In this document: positions 10,279 through 19,720 of the stretch, piece by piece | How positions within the stretch are numbered: position 1 is the stretch's first letter | Layout: the number at the start of each line of letters is the position of its first letter | Assembly (NCBI GenBank): GCA_963812085.1 | Contig: CAWETL010000003.1 | Location: 215,314-279,313, forward strand | DNA length: 64,000 nucleotides | Direction: 5' to 3' | From: an uncultured Gemmatimonadales bacterium | Lineage (GTDB): Bacteria > Gemmatimonadota > Gemmatimonadetes > Gemmatimonadales > GWC2-71-9 | Translations under genes and position numbers: made by a program | The notes under the pieces: model-generated | What the model was told of the DNA's origin: nothing | The model's input: only the letters and a program-made list of their open reading frames with translations | Databases searched by the model: none

Positions 10279-11349
10279 ATGGAGAAGATCATCAAGGCGG
10301 CCGTCGAACGCGGGGCCTCCGACCTGCACATCAAGGCCGGCGACGTCTTCCGCGCGCGGATCAACGGCCGGCTGGTGCCGCTGACCAAGCAGCGGCTCAC
10401 GCCGGACCAGACCCGCGCCATCGCGCACAAGCTGATCCCCAGCGAGCAGGACCGGGCCCATCTCGAGCGGCTCCGCGACTTCGACTGTTCGTGGGGCATG
10501 CCGGGCGTGGGGCGGTTCCGGGTCAACGTCCTCCGCCAGCGCTCCTCGTTCATGATCGTGATGCGGGTCATCCCCTTCGCGGTCCCGTCCATCGAGTCGC
10601 TGGGGCTGCCCGAGGCGCTCGCCACCCTCGCCGACTCGGACCGCGGCCTCCTCCTCGTGACGGGAGTCAGCGGGAGCGGGAAGACCAGCACCGTCGCCGC
10701 GCTGATCGAGCGCATCAACCGGACCAAGCAGAAGCACATCGTCACGATCGAGAACCCGATCGAGTTCCTGCACCGCGACGTCAACTGCTCGGTGACCCAG
10801 CGCGAGGTGGGGGTGGACACCGAGAGCGTGGCGGTCGGGCTCCGGGCCGCGCTCCGGCAGGACCCCGACGTGATCCTCATCGGCGAGACCCGCGATCCGG
10901 ACACCGCCGACATCGCGGTCAAGGCGGCGGAGACGGGCCACCTCGTCATCTCCGCGATGCCCACCCCCGACGTGACGACGACGCTCGAGCGCCTGGTGGC
11001 CATGTTCCCCGCCGAGGAGCGCGACATCGGCCGCGTCCGCCTGTCGGAGGCGCTCCGCGGCATCGTGTCGCAGCAGCTCCTGCCCCGGGCCGACGAGGAG
11101 GGCAGGGTGGCGGCGTTCGAGATCCTGGTGAACACGCCGCAGGTGCGCGCCTGCCTCAAGACCCCGGCGAAATGGGGGGAGCTCCGGACGCTCATGGCCC
11201 AGGGCCGCGAGGCGCACGGGATGCAGACCTTCGAGCAGAGCCTGGCCGACCTGGTGGCCGCGAAGTCCATCACCGAGGAGACGGCGGCCGCGGCGGCCCG
11301 CGGCGACCCGGTCCCCGAGGGACGCGACCGCCGCAAGAAGGCGCGCTGA
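10279..11349 (+). CDS. pilT: PilT/PilU-like type IV pilus retraction ATPase (divergent)
   Basis: ATG 10279. DLHIKAG N-terminus, Walker A GVSGSGKTS, IENPIEF, LIGETRD and AAETGHLV. Confidence 0.75.
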   Translation: MEKIIKAAVERGASDLHIKAGDVFRARINGRLVPLTKQRLTPDQTRAIAHKLIPSEQDRAHLERLRDFDCSWGMPGVGRFRVNVLRQRSSFMIVMRVIPFAVPSIESLGLPEALATLADSDRGLLLVTGVSGSGKTSTVAALIERINRTKQKHIVTIENPIEFLHRDVNCSVTQREVGVDTESVAVGLRAALRQDPDVILIGETRDPDTADIAVKAAETGHLVISAMPTPDVTTTLERLVAMFPAEERDIGRVRLSEALRGIVSQQLLPRADEEGRVAAFEILVNTPQVRACLKTPAKWGELRTLMAQGREAHGMQTFEQSLADLVAAKSITEETAAAAARGDPVPEGRDRRKKAR

Positions 11350-11351
11350 GG

Positions 11352-12434
11352 GTGGCGCGGGCCCGGGAGCTCCTGGCGCTCCTGCTGGATGCGCCGCGCG
11401 AGGCCGGCACCCCCGCGGCGGCGCACGCCCGGCGCCTGGTGAGCGACCACCTCACCGGCCTCGGCTACCAGGTCGAGGAGCAGCCGTTCACCTTCTACCC
11501 CTCCAGCCTCAACGCCATGCCGATGTTCGGCGCCGGCCTGGGCTGGCTCACCCTGCTCCAGATTCCCCTCTGTACGGTCGCCGGCGCGCCCCCCTGGGCG
11601 GCGCTGGCCGCCTGGCTCTTCGGCCTGCTGGCGCTCGCCGGGCTGGTGCGCGGCACCGCGCTCGGCGGGTCCTCGCTGGGCGGCGGCGTGCGGGAGGACG
11701 CGAACCTGGTCGCGACGCGCGGCGCGGCGCCGGTGCGGCGCTGGTTTGTCGCGCACCTCGACACCAAGGCGCAGGGCCACTCGCTGGCCGGTCGGGCGGT
11801 CGCGGCGGTGGTGGTGCTCCTTGCGATCCTGGCCCTCAGCACGCTCGCGATCCTCCGCCTTCGCGGCCCGGTGGACAGCGACGAGATGGCCGGCGTGGCC
11901 ATCCTGGCGCTGGTGGCCTGCGGCCTCGCGGCGCGCGGCGCCCTCCGGGGGGCCTCCCAGGGGGCCCGGGACAACGGGTCGGGCCTCCTGGCGGCCCTCC
12001 TGGCGGCGGAGGCCGCCTCGGACGACGGCGTCGGCGTGCTGATCACCGGCGCCGAGGAGTTCGGCCTCGTGGGCGCCCGGGTCTTCGCCCGGGAGCACGG
12101 CCCCCAGCTGGTGGGCGTCGAGGTCGTGAACTTCGACATCCTCGACGACCGGGGCGCGCTCTACGTGGTCTCGCACGACGCCTCCGGCGACCGCCTGGCG
12201 GACCGGGAAGCCGAGCGCCTCGAAGCGACCGGGCTGGTCGTGCGGCGGCGGAGCCAGCCGCTCTGGGCGTTCGCCGACAGCCAGCCGCTCGCCCGGGCGG
12301 GCGCGGCGGCGGTGACGGTCGCCCGGCTCGACTGGGCGACGCTCCGGCTGGTGCATACGCCGCGGGACACGCCGGCCGGCATGGCGTTCCAGACGGCGGA
12401 ATCGGTCGGGCGTCTCCTGGCCGGAGCGATTTGA
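11352..12434 (+). CDS. Membrane-embedded M28-family metallopeptidase-like protein
   Basis: GTG 11352. HLDTK...H, ARDNGSGLLAALLAAE and ITGAEEFGLVGAR resemble M28 zinc-ligand blocks, interrupted by several hydrophobic helices. Confidence 0.6.
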   Translation: MARARELLALLLDAPREAGTPAAAHARRLVSDHLTGLGYQVEEQPFTFYPSSLNAMPMFGAGLGWLTLLQIPLCTVAGAPPWAALAAWLFGLLALAGLVRGTALGGSSLGGGVREDANLVATRGAAPVRRWFVAHLDTKAQGHSLAGRAVAAVVVLLAILALSTLAILRLRGPVDSDEMAGVAILALVACGLAARGALRGASQGARDNGSGLLAALLAAEAASDDGVGVLITGAEEFGLVGARVFAREHGPQLVGVEVVNFDILDDRGALYVVSHDASGDRLADREAERLEATGLVVRRRSQPLWAFADSQPLARAGAAAVTVARLDWATLRLVHTPRDTPAGMAFQTAESVGRLLAGAI

Positions 12435-12475
12435 CCGGAGCGCGGACGGCGGCTAGCTTTTCCCTGAGGATACAC

Positions 12476-12498
12476 GGGCCCCGCGAGGGGCCCTTTTC
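12476..12498 (+). terminator. Rho-independent terminator candidate after the M28 gene
   Basis: GGGCCCC-GCGA-GGGGCCC stem-loop followed by TTTT. Confidence 0.6.
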
Positions 12499-12524
12499 GT
12501 TGGCTTCAGCCCGAGTGAGGGGCC

Positions 12525-13802
12525 ATGTTCGATCCGAAGACCCAGTGTGTGGTGGTGGTGGGCGCCCAGTGGGGCGACGAGGGGAAGGGAAAGCTGGTCG
12601 ACGTCCTGTCCGAGCGCGCCGACTGCGTGGTGCGCTACCAGGGAGGCGCCAACGCGGGGCACACGGTGGTCATCGGCGAGGAGCAGTTCATCCTCCAGCA
12701 GATCCCCTCGGGGATCCTGCATGCCCGGACCAGCTGCGTCATCGGCAACGGCGTGGTGCTCGATCCCGAGACGCTCTTCATGGAGCTCGACGGGCTGACG
12801 GGGCGGGGGGTGGACACGTCGGGCCGGCTGTTCGTCTCGGAGCGGGCCCATCTCGTGCTGCCCTATCACAAGCTGCTCGACGCGGCCAGCGAGAAGTCGC
12901 AGAAGATCGGCACCACCGGCCGCGGCATCGGGCCGACCTACGAAGACAAGTACGGCCGCCGCGGGGTGCGCGTCATCGACCTCCGGGACGGCGCCGCCCT
13001 GCGCGGCCTGCTGGCGGAGCGGCTCGACCGGGCCAACCGGCTGCTCGGGATGATGGGGGCCGCGCCGGCGTCGCTGGAGGAGCACGTGGCGCTCCTCGAG
13101 CGCCTGGCGCCGCGGCTCCTGCCCCTGGCCACCGACACCGGGCTCCTGGTGCACCGCGCGCTTCGGGCGGGGAAGCGGGTGCTGCTCGAGGGGGCCCAGG
13201 GGGCGCTGCTCGACGTGGACCACGGCACCTATCCCTACGTGACGAGCTCCAACACCACCGCGGGCGGGGCCTCGGTGGGCGCGGGCATCGGCCCGACGGC
13301 CATCGACGGCGTCCTGGGGGTCGTGAAGGCCTACACGACGCGGGTGGGGAACGGCCCGCTGCCGACGGAAGCACTGGGAGAGGGCGGGGAGGCGCTGCAG
13401 CGGATCGGCGGCGAGTTCGGCGCGGTCACCGGGCGGCCCCGGCGCTGCGGCTGGTTCGACGCCAACGTGGTGCGGTACTCGGTCCGCGTGAACGGGCTCA
13501 CCGGGCTGGCGGTCACCAAGCTGGACGTGCTGGACACCTTCGCCGAGATCCCGGTCGGGACCGGGTACCGGGTGGATGGGGAACTGACGGAGGAATTGCC
13601 GGCGGAGGTGGAGCGGCTGGAGCGGGTCGACCCGGTGTACGAGGTGCTGCCGGGGTGGCGGAAGTCCACCGAGGGCGCCCGGCGGATGGCCGACCTGCCC
13701 CCGCAGGCCCGGGCCTACCTGGACCGGCTGCAGGACCTCGCCGGCGCCCCCATCCGCTACGTGAGCGTGGGGACGCGGCGGGACCAGATCATCGAGGTGT
13801 AG
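12525..13802 (+). CDS. purA: Adenylosuccinate synthetase
   Basis: GAQWGDEGKGK P-loop and TTGRGIGPTYEDK. 425 aa. Confidence 0.95.
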   Translation: MFDPKTQCVVVVGAQWGDEGKGKLVDVLSERADCVVRYQGGANAGHTVVIGEEQFILQQIPSGILHARTSCVIGNGVVLDPETLFMELDGLTGRGVDTSGRLFVSERAHLVLPYHKLLDAASEKSQKIGTTGRGIGPTYEDKYGRRGVRVIDLRDGAALRGLLAERLDRANRLLGMMGAAPASLEEHVALLERLAPRLLPLATDTGLLVHRALRAGKRVLLEGAQGALLDVDHGTYPYVTSSNTTAGGASVGAGIGPTAIDGVLGVVKAYTTRVGNGPLPTEALGEGGEALQRIGGEFGAVTGRPRRCGWFDANVVRYSVRVNGLTGLAVTKLDVLDTFAEIPVGTGYRVDGELTEELPAEVERLERVDPVYEVLPGWRKSTEGARRMADLPPQARAYLDRLQDLAGAPIRYVSVGTRRDQIIEV

Positions 13803-13814
13803 CGCGGACCGGGC

Positions 13815-14750
13815 TCAGCTGACCCGGTTCTTCTCGTATTTCAGGTTTCGCGGCGCGAACCACCACTGGTAGTTGCGGGTCACGGGCAGGCCGCCGTTGA
13901 GCCGGATGTCGGTCGGGTCCGACTGCAGGGTGGCGAACACCCGCGTGGCCATGATGTCGTTCCAGTCGTTCTCGCCGCTGGCATCGGTGGGGTCCGCGGT
14001 CGGGGCCAGGTTCCCGTTGGTGAAGACCAGGTTGACCTTGATGCTGTCCACCCCCGTCGCGATCAGCTCCCCCGCCGGCGTCCGGTCGGCGTTGAGCCGT
14101 TCCGCCCGCATCAGCCGCTGGTTCTGCACGTAGTACTCGACGAACTTCAACTTCATGATGACGGTGCTGGTGCTGCTGAGCTGCAGGTTGCGGGCGTAGG
14201 CCCCTTCGTGCTGCAGCAGCGTGCTGTCGGGGGAGAAGGTCACCGAGGCCTTGCTCCCCGTGCGCGTCACGTTGGTCACCTGGATCAGCCGGCGCTCGTT
14301 GCTCGACTGCAGCAGCGCGAGGTCCCCGATGGCGATGTCGAAGCCCACCGTGTCCACGTCGACGCAGTAGGTGCCGCAGGTGCCGGTGGCCGGTGCCAGG
14401 GCCGGCCCGGCGTACTGGATGGTGTGGGGCGAGGCCGGCACGTTGTTGGTGTAGGGCACGCTCAGGATCACGATGGTGTCGCCGCGGGCGGAGAGGGTGC
14501 CGAAGCGCACCGAGGAGCTGATGCCGACGCCGGTCTCGGAGAGGTCGCGCATCAGCGCCTCGTTGATGAACCGGGCGTTGCGCTCGATGCCCTCCCGCTC
14601 CCGGTTGCCCGACATGCCGCGCCAGGTGGAGGCCACGAGGCCGGTCGCGGCGGCGAGCACGACGAGCCCCACCGTCATGGCGATCAGCAGCTCGACGAGG
14701 GTGAAGCCGGCCCGGCCGCTGGAAGCGTGGTGCGTGCGCATGGCGATCAC
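13815..14750 (-). CDS. PilW-like minor (pseudo)pilin, set 1
   Basis: Prepilin-type N-terminus GRAG|FTLVELLIAMTVGLVVL. 311 aa. Confidence 0.7.
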   Translation of the reverse strand: MIAMRTHHASSGRAGFTLVELLIAMTVGLVVLAAATGLVASTWRGMSGNREREGIERNARFINEALMRDLSETGVGISSSVRFGTLSARGDTIVILSVPYTNNVPASPHTIQYAGPALAPATGTCGTYCVDVDTVGFDIAIGDLALLQSSNERRLIQVTNVTRTGSKASVTFSPDSTLLQHEGAYARNLQLSSTSTVIMKLKFVEYYVQNQRLMRAERLNADRTPAGELIATGVDSIKVNLVFTNGNLAPTADPTDASGENDWNDIMATRVFATLQSDPTDIRLNGGLPVTRNYQWWFAPRNLKYEKNRVS

Positions 14751-15118
14751 CGGTAGATGAGGGTGACGATCTGGACGGGCTGGGCACCCTGCGGATAGGT
14801 CACGTTGCAGGTGACCCGGTAGAGGTTGTTGCCCAGGTCGGCCACTTCGAGCGAGCGCCGGTACTTGCCGTCGGCGGCGAGGGTCCCGGTCTCGTCCACC
14901 GAGACGGCGGGTTCCGCGACCGGATCGGGCGTGCGGCTCCGCACCTCCTCGACGTAGTTGCGGGAAATCCCCAGGGCCACGCTGCGCATGGCGCTGGTGG
15001 ACTGGGCGTGGAGCAGCACCGCCTGGGACTTGGTCAGGGCCAGGAGCCCGATGGTCAGGATGACCACGGCCATGATGACCGAGATCAGGGTGAATCCCGC
15101 CTCGCTGTTGCGCTTCAT
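14747..15118 (-). CDS. PilV-like minor pilin, set 1 (Ser instead of Glu at +5)
   Basis: N-terminus SEAG|FTLISVIMAVVILTIGLLAL. 123 aa. ATGA overlaps on both sides. Confidence 0.65.
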   Translation of the reverse strand: MKRNSEAGFTLISVIMAVVILTIGLLALTKSQAVLLHAQSTSAMRSVALGISRNYVEEVRSRTPDPVAEPAVSVDETGTLAADGKYRRSLEVADLGNNLYRVTCNVTYPQGAQPVQIVTLIYR

Positions 15119-15678
15119 CGCCAGGTGCCCCCTTCAGAAGTCCAGATGCGGATGCCGCCGGCGCCCGACACGGTCACCGCCGCGACCGCCGTATTGTCGC
15201 CGGGTCGGCGCACGTAGATGACGCCCCGGGTGCCGAAGGGCGTCGTCAGCCCCCGGGCGTCGAAGTCGATCTGCGGCGTCGGGAAGGTGATGCTGCCGGC
15301 GCCGGAGAAGTCGGGGATGTCGGGCTGCGTCGCGCGGCCATAGGTCACGTCGTTCGGCAGCGTCCGCGTCCCGCCGTACAAGTGCAGCGAATCCCGCTCG
15401 GCGGTGCTCTGCCCGATGACGCCGTCGCGGTCGAAGTCGAGATACCCGGTGTAGGAGTTCGACGCCGGGGTGAAGACCACCCGGACCACGGCCCGGTAGG
15501 CCATCGCCTTGCTCCGGGCCAGTTCGAGGTCCGCCGCCAGGAGCGAGGCGGCCGCCCGGGCCTTCGTCTGGTCCGACACCCGGAGCCGGGGCACCATGAT
15601 CATCATGCCGATTCCCATGACGACGATCACGATGAGCATCTCGACCAGCGTAAAGCCGGAACGCGCGCGCGCAGTCAT
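15115..15678 (-). CDS. FimT/GspH-like minor pilin, set 1
   Basis: RSG|FTLVEMLIVIVVMGIG N-terminus. C-terminus ...GGIRIWTSEGGTWR parallels its paralog at 21322..21912. Confidence 0.65.
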   Translation of the reverse strand: MTARARSGFTLVEMLIVIVVMGIGMMIMVPRLRVSDQTKARAAASLLAADLELARSKAMAYRAVVRVVFTPASNSYTGYLDFDRDGVIGQSTAERDSLHLYGGTRTLPNDVTYGRATQPDIPDFSGAGSITFPTPQIDFDARGLTTPFGTRGVIYVRRPGDNTAVAAVTVSGAGGIRIWTSEGGTWR

Positions 15679-15687
15679 CGCCGGCTC

Positions 15688-17511
15688 CTAGTACACGGGC
15701 CGGAAGGAGGTCTGGAACACGCTGCCGACCACCGGGGTGCCCGGGGGCAGCTGCGTCGGGTCCTTGAAGCGCAGGTCGAACCGCCAGTCACGGGTCGGGA
15801 CGCCGTAGTAGTTGGTCCAGCTCCAGCGCCGCCGGGCGGCGTACTGGCTCTGGAACAGCGACACCAGCGAGCCGCGGTAGGTGACGGTCCTGCCGCTCCA
15901 GTTTTCCAGGAAGCGCGGGAAGTTCTCCAGCCCGCCGCCATAGCTGCCATTCGCCGTCGCTGGCGGGGGCGTGGGCACCGTGCACCCGCTCCGCTGCCAG
16001 TCGCACGGGGTGGCGGAGTGGCCGGCCGCGATGGCGGCGTAGACCGTCATGTTGCTCGCCGTGTTCTGGGGCGGGTTCGTCCAATCCGGGCCGCCGCCGG
16101 CCACGGTGTGGGTCCCGCCGCCGCCGGTGACGACGTGCGCGGCGTCGGTCCACGAGCCCGACAGGAAGGTGATCGCGTCCGCGATGAACGAGCTCGGGTA
16201 CCAGGTGCCGCCGGTGTTGTAGTCGCCCCAGAGGTACAGCGGGCGGTCGGTCGCGACGGTCACCGGCTGGCGGAGGGTCGCGCCGTTCCGGATGCGCACC
16301 ACGGGGTAGTCCCGCGACGGGTTCGTCGGGTCGACGTTCGTGAAGGTGATGTAGATGATGCTGTAGTTCCGGGCCGCGCTGGCGATGGCCCAGGTCTGGA
16401 GCGCGCCCATGTCGATCTGGAAGACGTCGGCGCCGATGTTCTCGCGCCCGTCCCAGAAGCCCTGGGGCAGCCCGGCGAACATGGCGCAGCTGGCGCCGGT
16501 GGGGAGCGGCGAGCCGATGATCGTGATCCCGGCGCAAGTGTTCACGTTGGCGAGCTGCGCCATGTCCACCGTCAGGTGCGCGGTGGCCTTCCAGGAGAAC
16601 TTGACGCCCTGCACGTCCGGGGTGTCGCCGCCGTTCCGGGGCATGACCAGCTGGATCGGGGGCATCCCGGCCGGCAGCGGGAGCGAGAGCGGCTGGACGC
16701 CGCTCACGCCGGTCATGATCCGGCCGTCGACGAGGCTGGTGCTGGCGGACACGAAGGAGCTGCCCGGGTTGCTCCGGCTGTCGAAGTTGAGGGTCCTGGC
16801 CACGCCGGAGGCGTTGTCGATCCGCACGCCGTTCTGGCGCTCGCTGTAGGCCTTGCGCTGCCAGAAGATGCTGTCGGGGGTGGTAATCAGGTCGTGGAAG
16901 CTGGTGATCGCCGAGCCGCCTGGCGTGAGGTAGAGGTTCGAGTTGGTGTGCACCCACCCGGCGAAGTCCATGTTCTGGCCGTTGTGGATCTCGAGGTCCT
17001 CATTGTAGAACACGCCGAACTGGAAGAGCGGAATCGACTGGGCATCGGCGCTGATGATCACCTGGCCGCGGTTGCCGGCGGGGTCGGTCGCGGTGATGCC
17101 GATGTCGATCTGCTGGTTGAGCCCGATGAGGCCGGCGTAGGTGCCGCTCGTGATGGTCCTGGGGATCGGGGCGCCCACCATCGTCACGGTCGGCGTGGCG
17201 AAGGTGAAGCCGGAGAGCGTGGGCAGGGTGACGGCGCTGATGTCCGCGGCGGTGATGACGCCGTCGGTCATGCGCTGGGCGAGCTGGCTCACCACCGCGT
17301 CCGAACCCGCCTCGGCGGCGTACTGCACCCGGGTGGCGCGGTAGTCGACGCTGCCCGACTTCTGCACCATCACGTAGCTGGCGACCGAGATGGCCACCAG
17401 GAGCGAGATCAGCACCAGGACGACCATCGTCGCCTCGAGCGCGAAGCCGCGCCGGTCGGCGAGCCGGGTCGTCGTCCGGCGGGGGGCCGGCAGGGGGCGA
17501 ACGAGCTGCAT
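15688..17511 (-). CDS. Large PilX-N-terminal-like pilus-associated protein, set 1 (607 aa)
   Basis: N-terminus RRGFALEATMVVLVLISLLVAISVASYV (PilX_N-like, without the classical G|FTLxE site) followed by about 560 aa of Gly/Thr/Asn-rich extracellular-type sequence. Confidence 0.55.
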   Translation of the reverse strand: MQLVRPLPAPRRTTTRLADRRGFALEATMVVLVLISLLVAISVASYVMVQKSGSVDYRATRVQYAAEAGSDAVVSQLAQRMTDGVITAADISAVTLPTLSGFTFATPTVTMVGAPIPRTITSGTYAGLIGLNQQIDIGITATDPAGNRGQVIISADAQSIPLFQFGVFYNEDLEIHNGQNMDFAGWVHTNSNLYLTPGGSAITSFHDLITTPDSIFWQRKAYSERQNGVRIDNASGVARTLNFDSRSNPGSSFVSASTSLVDGRIMTGVSGVQPLSLPLPAGMPPIQLVMPRNGGDTPDVQGVKFSWKATAHLTVDMAQLANVNTCAGITIIGSPLPTGASCAMFAGLPQGFWDGRENIGADVFQIDMGALQTWAIASAARNYSIIYITFTNVDPTNPSRDYPVVRIRNGATLRQPVTVATDRPLYLWGDYNTGGTWYPSSFIADAITFLSGSWTDAAHVVTGGGGTHTVAGGGPDWTNPPQNTASNMTVYAAIAAGHSATPCDWQRSGCTVPTPPPATANGSYGGGLENFPRFLENWSGRTVTYRGSLVSLFQSQYAARRRWSWTNYYGVPTRDWRFDLRFKDPTQLPPGTPVVGSVFQTSFRPVY

Positions 17512-17703
17512 GTGGCACTCCTGAACGGGTCACGGGGTCGAGTGCTGTGGCCAGCAACTGCCAGATCGGAATCGCAATTCGGGTGCCCCGCAGATCCAGT
17601 TCGGTAACAACATACGGCGCAAGAAGATATGCATTTTATCGACATGGTTTGCCGCGCAGCCGGATGCCGATCGTGCCGTGCCTTGCGTGCAACCCATTGC
17701 ACG

Positions 17704-17736
17704 GAAAACGAAAGGCCCTCCGGGTCAATGGAGGGC
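17704..17736 (-). terminator. Rho-independent terminator candidate between the two pilin sets
   Basis: The minus strand reads GCCCTCC-ATTGACCC-GGAGGGC followed by CTTTCGTTTTC, about 55 nt after the stop of the 17790..19709 gene. Confidence 0.5.
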
Positions 17737-17789
17737 GTTTCGAGGGCAGCGCGCCCGGTCGGCGACCGCGAGTCGCCGGCCGGGGAGTG

Positions 17790-19709
17790 TCAGTTCTGGT
17801 TGGCCGCGTACCAGCCGGCCACGTTGAACCGGGTCGGGTCGAGTTCGTAGAACCGGTTCTTGATGAACACGCCGGTGGTCGGGTAGTACGGCGGCGGGTC
17901 GGTGGCGCCGCAGGCGTCGTACTGGTAGCGCTTGACGTAGCCTTCGCCGCTGGTGAGGCCCACGGCGCCGCGCCGGGACTGGATGATCCCGCCGAACGTC
18001 ACCAGGCAGCCGCGCCCGGCGTTGAAGCTCCCGCCGATGAGGCAGCGCTCGGTGTTGCTGGCCCCCTCGGCGTTTTCTTCCGCGCCGAACGTCTTGAGGG
18101 TCAGGAAGAAGCCGTGGATCGTCTCGTCGGTGTTGGTGACGTAGCTCCGGAAGGTGCCGGTGGGCGAGGTCGCGTGGGAGGCGTCGTTGTTGATGGTCTG
18201 GGGCGCGTTCATGGTGTTGTTGGCCACGATGAGCGACTGGCCCGAGAAGTACCCGGCGATGTCGCCGGTGGTGCAGTCGCGGGTCTGGCCCTGGTAGTAG
18301 GTGATGTCGTCGCCGAAGATGATGTTGCCGGTGGCGGCGACCGTGACCCGGCCGTGGATCACGCCGTCCACGATCACCTTGCCCGCCACGAAGATGACGC
18401 CCTTGAAGCTGGTGTTGAACTGGCGGCTGAGCGGGAAGAGGTAGGCCGCGTCGGGACGGTTGGTGATGACCCCGCCGAGCGCGGCCAGCGAGGCCTGGAT
18501 GCCGCCCGGGGCCTGCACCCACGCGCCGCCGTCGGGATGGCCGGTGGTCAGCCAGTTGGCGTTGCCGCCCGTGGCGATGGCCGGGATGGTGAGCACCGAG
18601 TCCCCGCCGAGGAAGCAGCGGGAACTGTTGCCCTTGACCAGCGACGAGTCGCGCCGCGCGATCTTGTTGGCGTTCGTGGTGCCGGCCACGTGCAGGTGAA
18701 TGGCCTGCGTGGTGGTGTCGTGATAGTACGCCGGCATGAAGCGGCCGCCGGCGGCGAAGTCGCCGCAGTTCGGCGAGCGCTCGAGATAGCTGCCCGTGGT
18801 GGAGGTCGTGATGGGCAGGCTGGCGGAGACGTACTTTTCCGGCGGGATGATGGTCGTCGTCGTCCCGCCCTGGTAGACCATGAAGAAGCCCATGACGCCG
18901 TAGGGCGCGCCGAGGTCGATGGTCAGGAAGTGCACCCGGGTCTTCGCCTCGCCGGCGTCGCCGGCGGTGGAGCCCGTGAAGCGGGTGCTGCCGATGGTCG
19001 CCATGCTGTCGAGCTTGTTCAGGTCCGCCACGGTGGGCATCGGGATGCGCGCCACGCCGAGGAGGGGCGGCTTGCCGAAGACCGCGTTGCCCTGGTTGTT
19101 GATCGTCGAGTTGGCGGTGGAGACCTGGTCGAAGAAGGTCGCCGCCGGGCTGGGCGAGGTGTTGATCCGGATCAGGTCGTTGGAGTGCACCGGGCCGCGG
19201 ATCTGGTCGCCGCCGCCGAAGACGATGGTGCTCCCGCTGGTGTCGGTCTCGAAGTCGGTGAAGTACGCGAACTTGGAGAAGCTCTCCTGGTTCACCTCGA
19301 GCCGCCGGACCGCCTTGTTGCCGAAGCTGTCGCGCGCCACCGAGATGATGCTGCCGACCACGCCGTACTGCCCGCTCGCGATGCCGCTGGGGCCGACGTA
19401 GGTGGACCGGGTCACCTTGGGGATCACCACGTTGCCCGCCGTCTTGACCGCCACGTCGTTCTCGATGGTGGTGTAGCCGGTGGTCGGGTAGAGCGTCCGG
19501 GTCGTGTTGAGCCGGCTCCGGGCCTCCTCGAGGCCGGAGAGCGCCGCGGCGTCGACGGCGGCCGCCCGTTCGGTGTTCTTGCCGACGAGGTTGGCGTTGA
19601 GCGTCATCATCACCGCCGCGATGGCGATCGCGGAGACGGCGAACGCCACCAGCATGGTCGTGATGAGCGCGATGCCGCGCCGGTCGCGCAGGAAGCGCAG
19701 GGAGCACAT
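17790..19709 (-). CDS. Large PilX-N-terminal-like pilus-associated protein, set 2 (639 aa)
   Basis: ATG 19709 gives MCSLRFLRDRRGIALITTMLVAFAVSAIAIAAVMM. The C-terminal part has beta-helix-like repeats (KGVIFVAGKVIVDGVIHGRVTVAATGNIIFGDDITY). Confidence 0.55.
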   Translation of the reverse strand: MCSLRFLRDRRGIALITTMLVAFAVSAIAIAAVMMTLNANLVGKNTERAAAVDAAALSGLEEARSRLNTTRTLYPTTGYTTIENDVAVKTAGNVVIPKVTRSTYVGPSGIASGQYGVVGSIISVARDSFGNKAVRRLEVNQESFSKFAYFTDFETDTSGSTIVFGGGDQIRGPVHSNDLIRINTSPSPAATFFDQVSTANSTINNQGNAVFGKPPLLGVARIPMPTVADLNKLDSMATIGSTRFTGSTAGDAGEAKTRVHFLTIDLGAPYGVMGFFMVYQGGTTTTIIPPEKYVSASLPITTSTTGSYLERSPNCGDFAAGGRFMPAYYHDTTTQAIHLHVAGTTNANKIARRDSSLVKGNSSRCFLGGDSVLTIPAIATGGNANWLTTGHPDGGAWVQAPGGIQASLAALGGVITNRPDAAYLFPLSRQFNTSFKGVIFVAGKVIVDGVIHGRVTVAATGNIIFGDDITYYQGQTRDCTTGDIAGYFSGQSLIVANNTMNAPQTINNDASHATSPTGTFRSYVTNTDETIHGFFLTLKTFGAEENAEGASNTERCLIGGSFNAGRGCLVTFGGIIQSRRGAVGLTSGEGYVKRYQYDACGATDPPPYYPTTGVFIKNRFYELDPTRFNVAGWYAANQN

Positions 19710-19720
19710 GGGCGTGGGCC

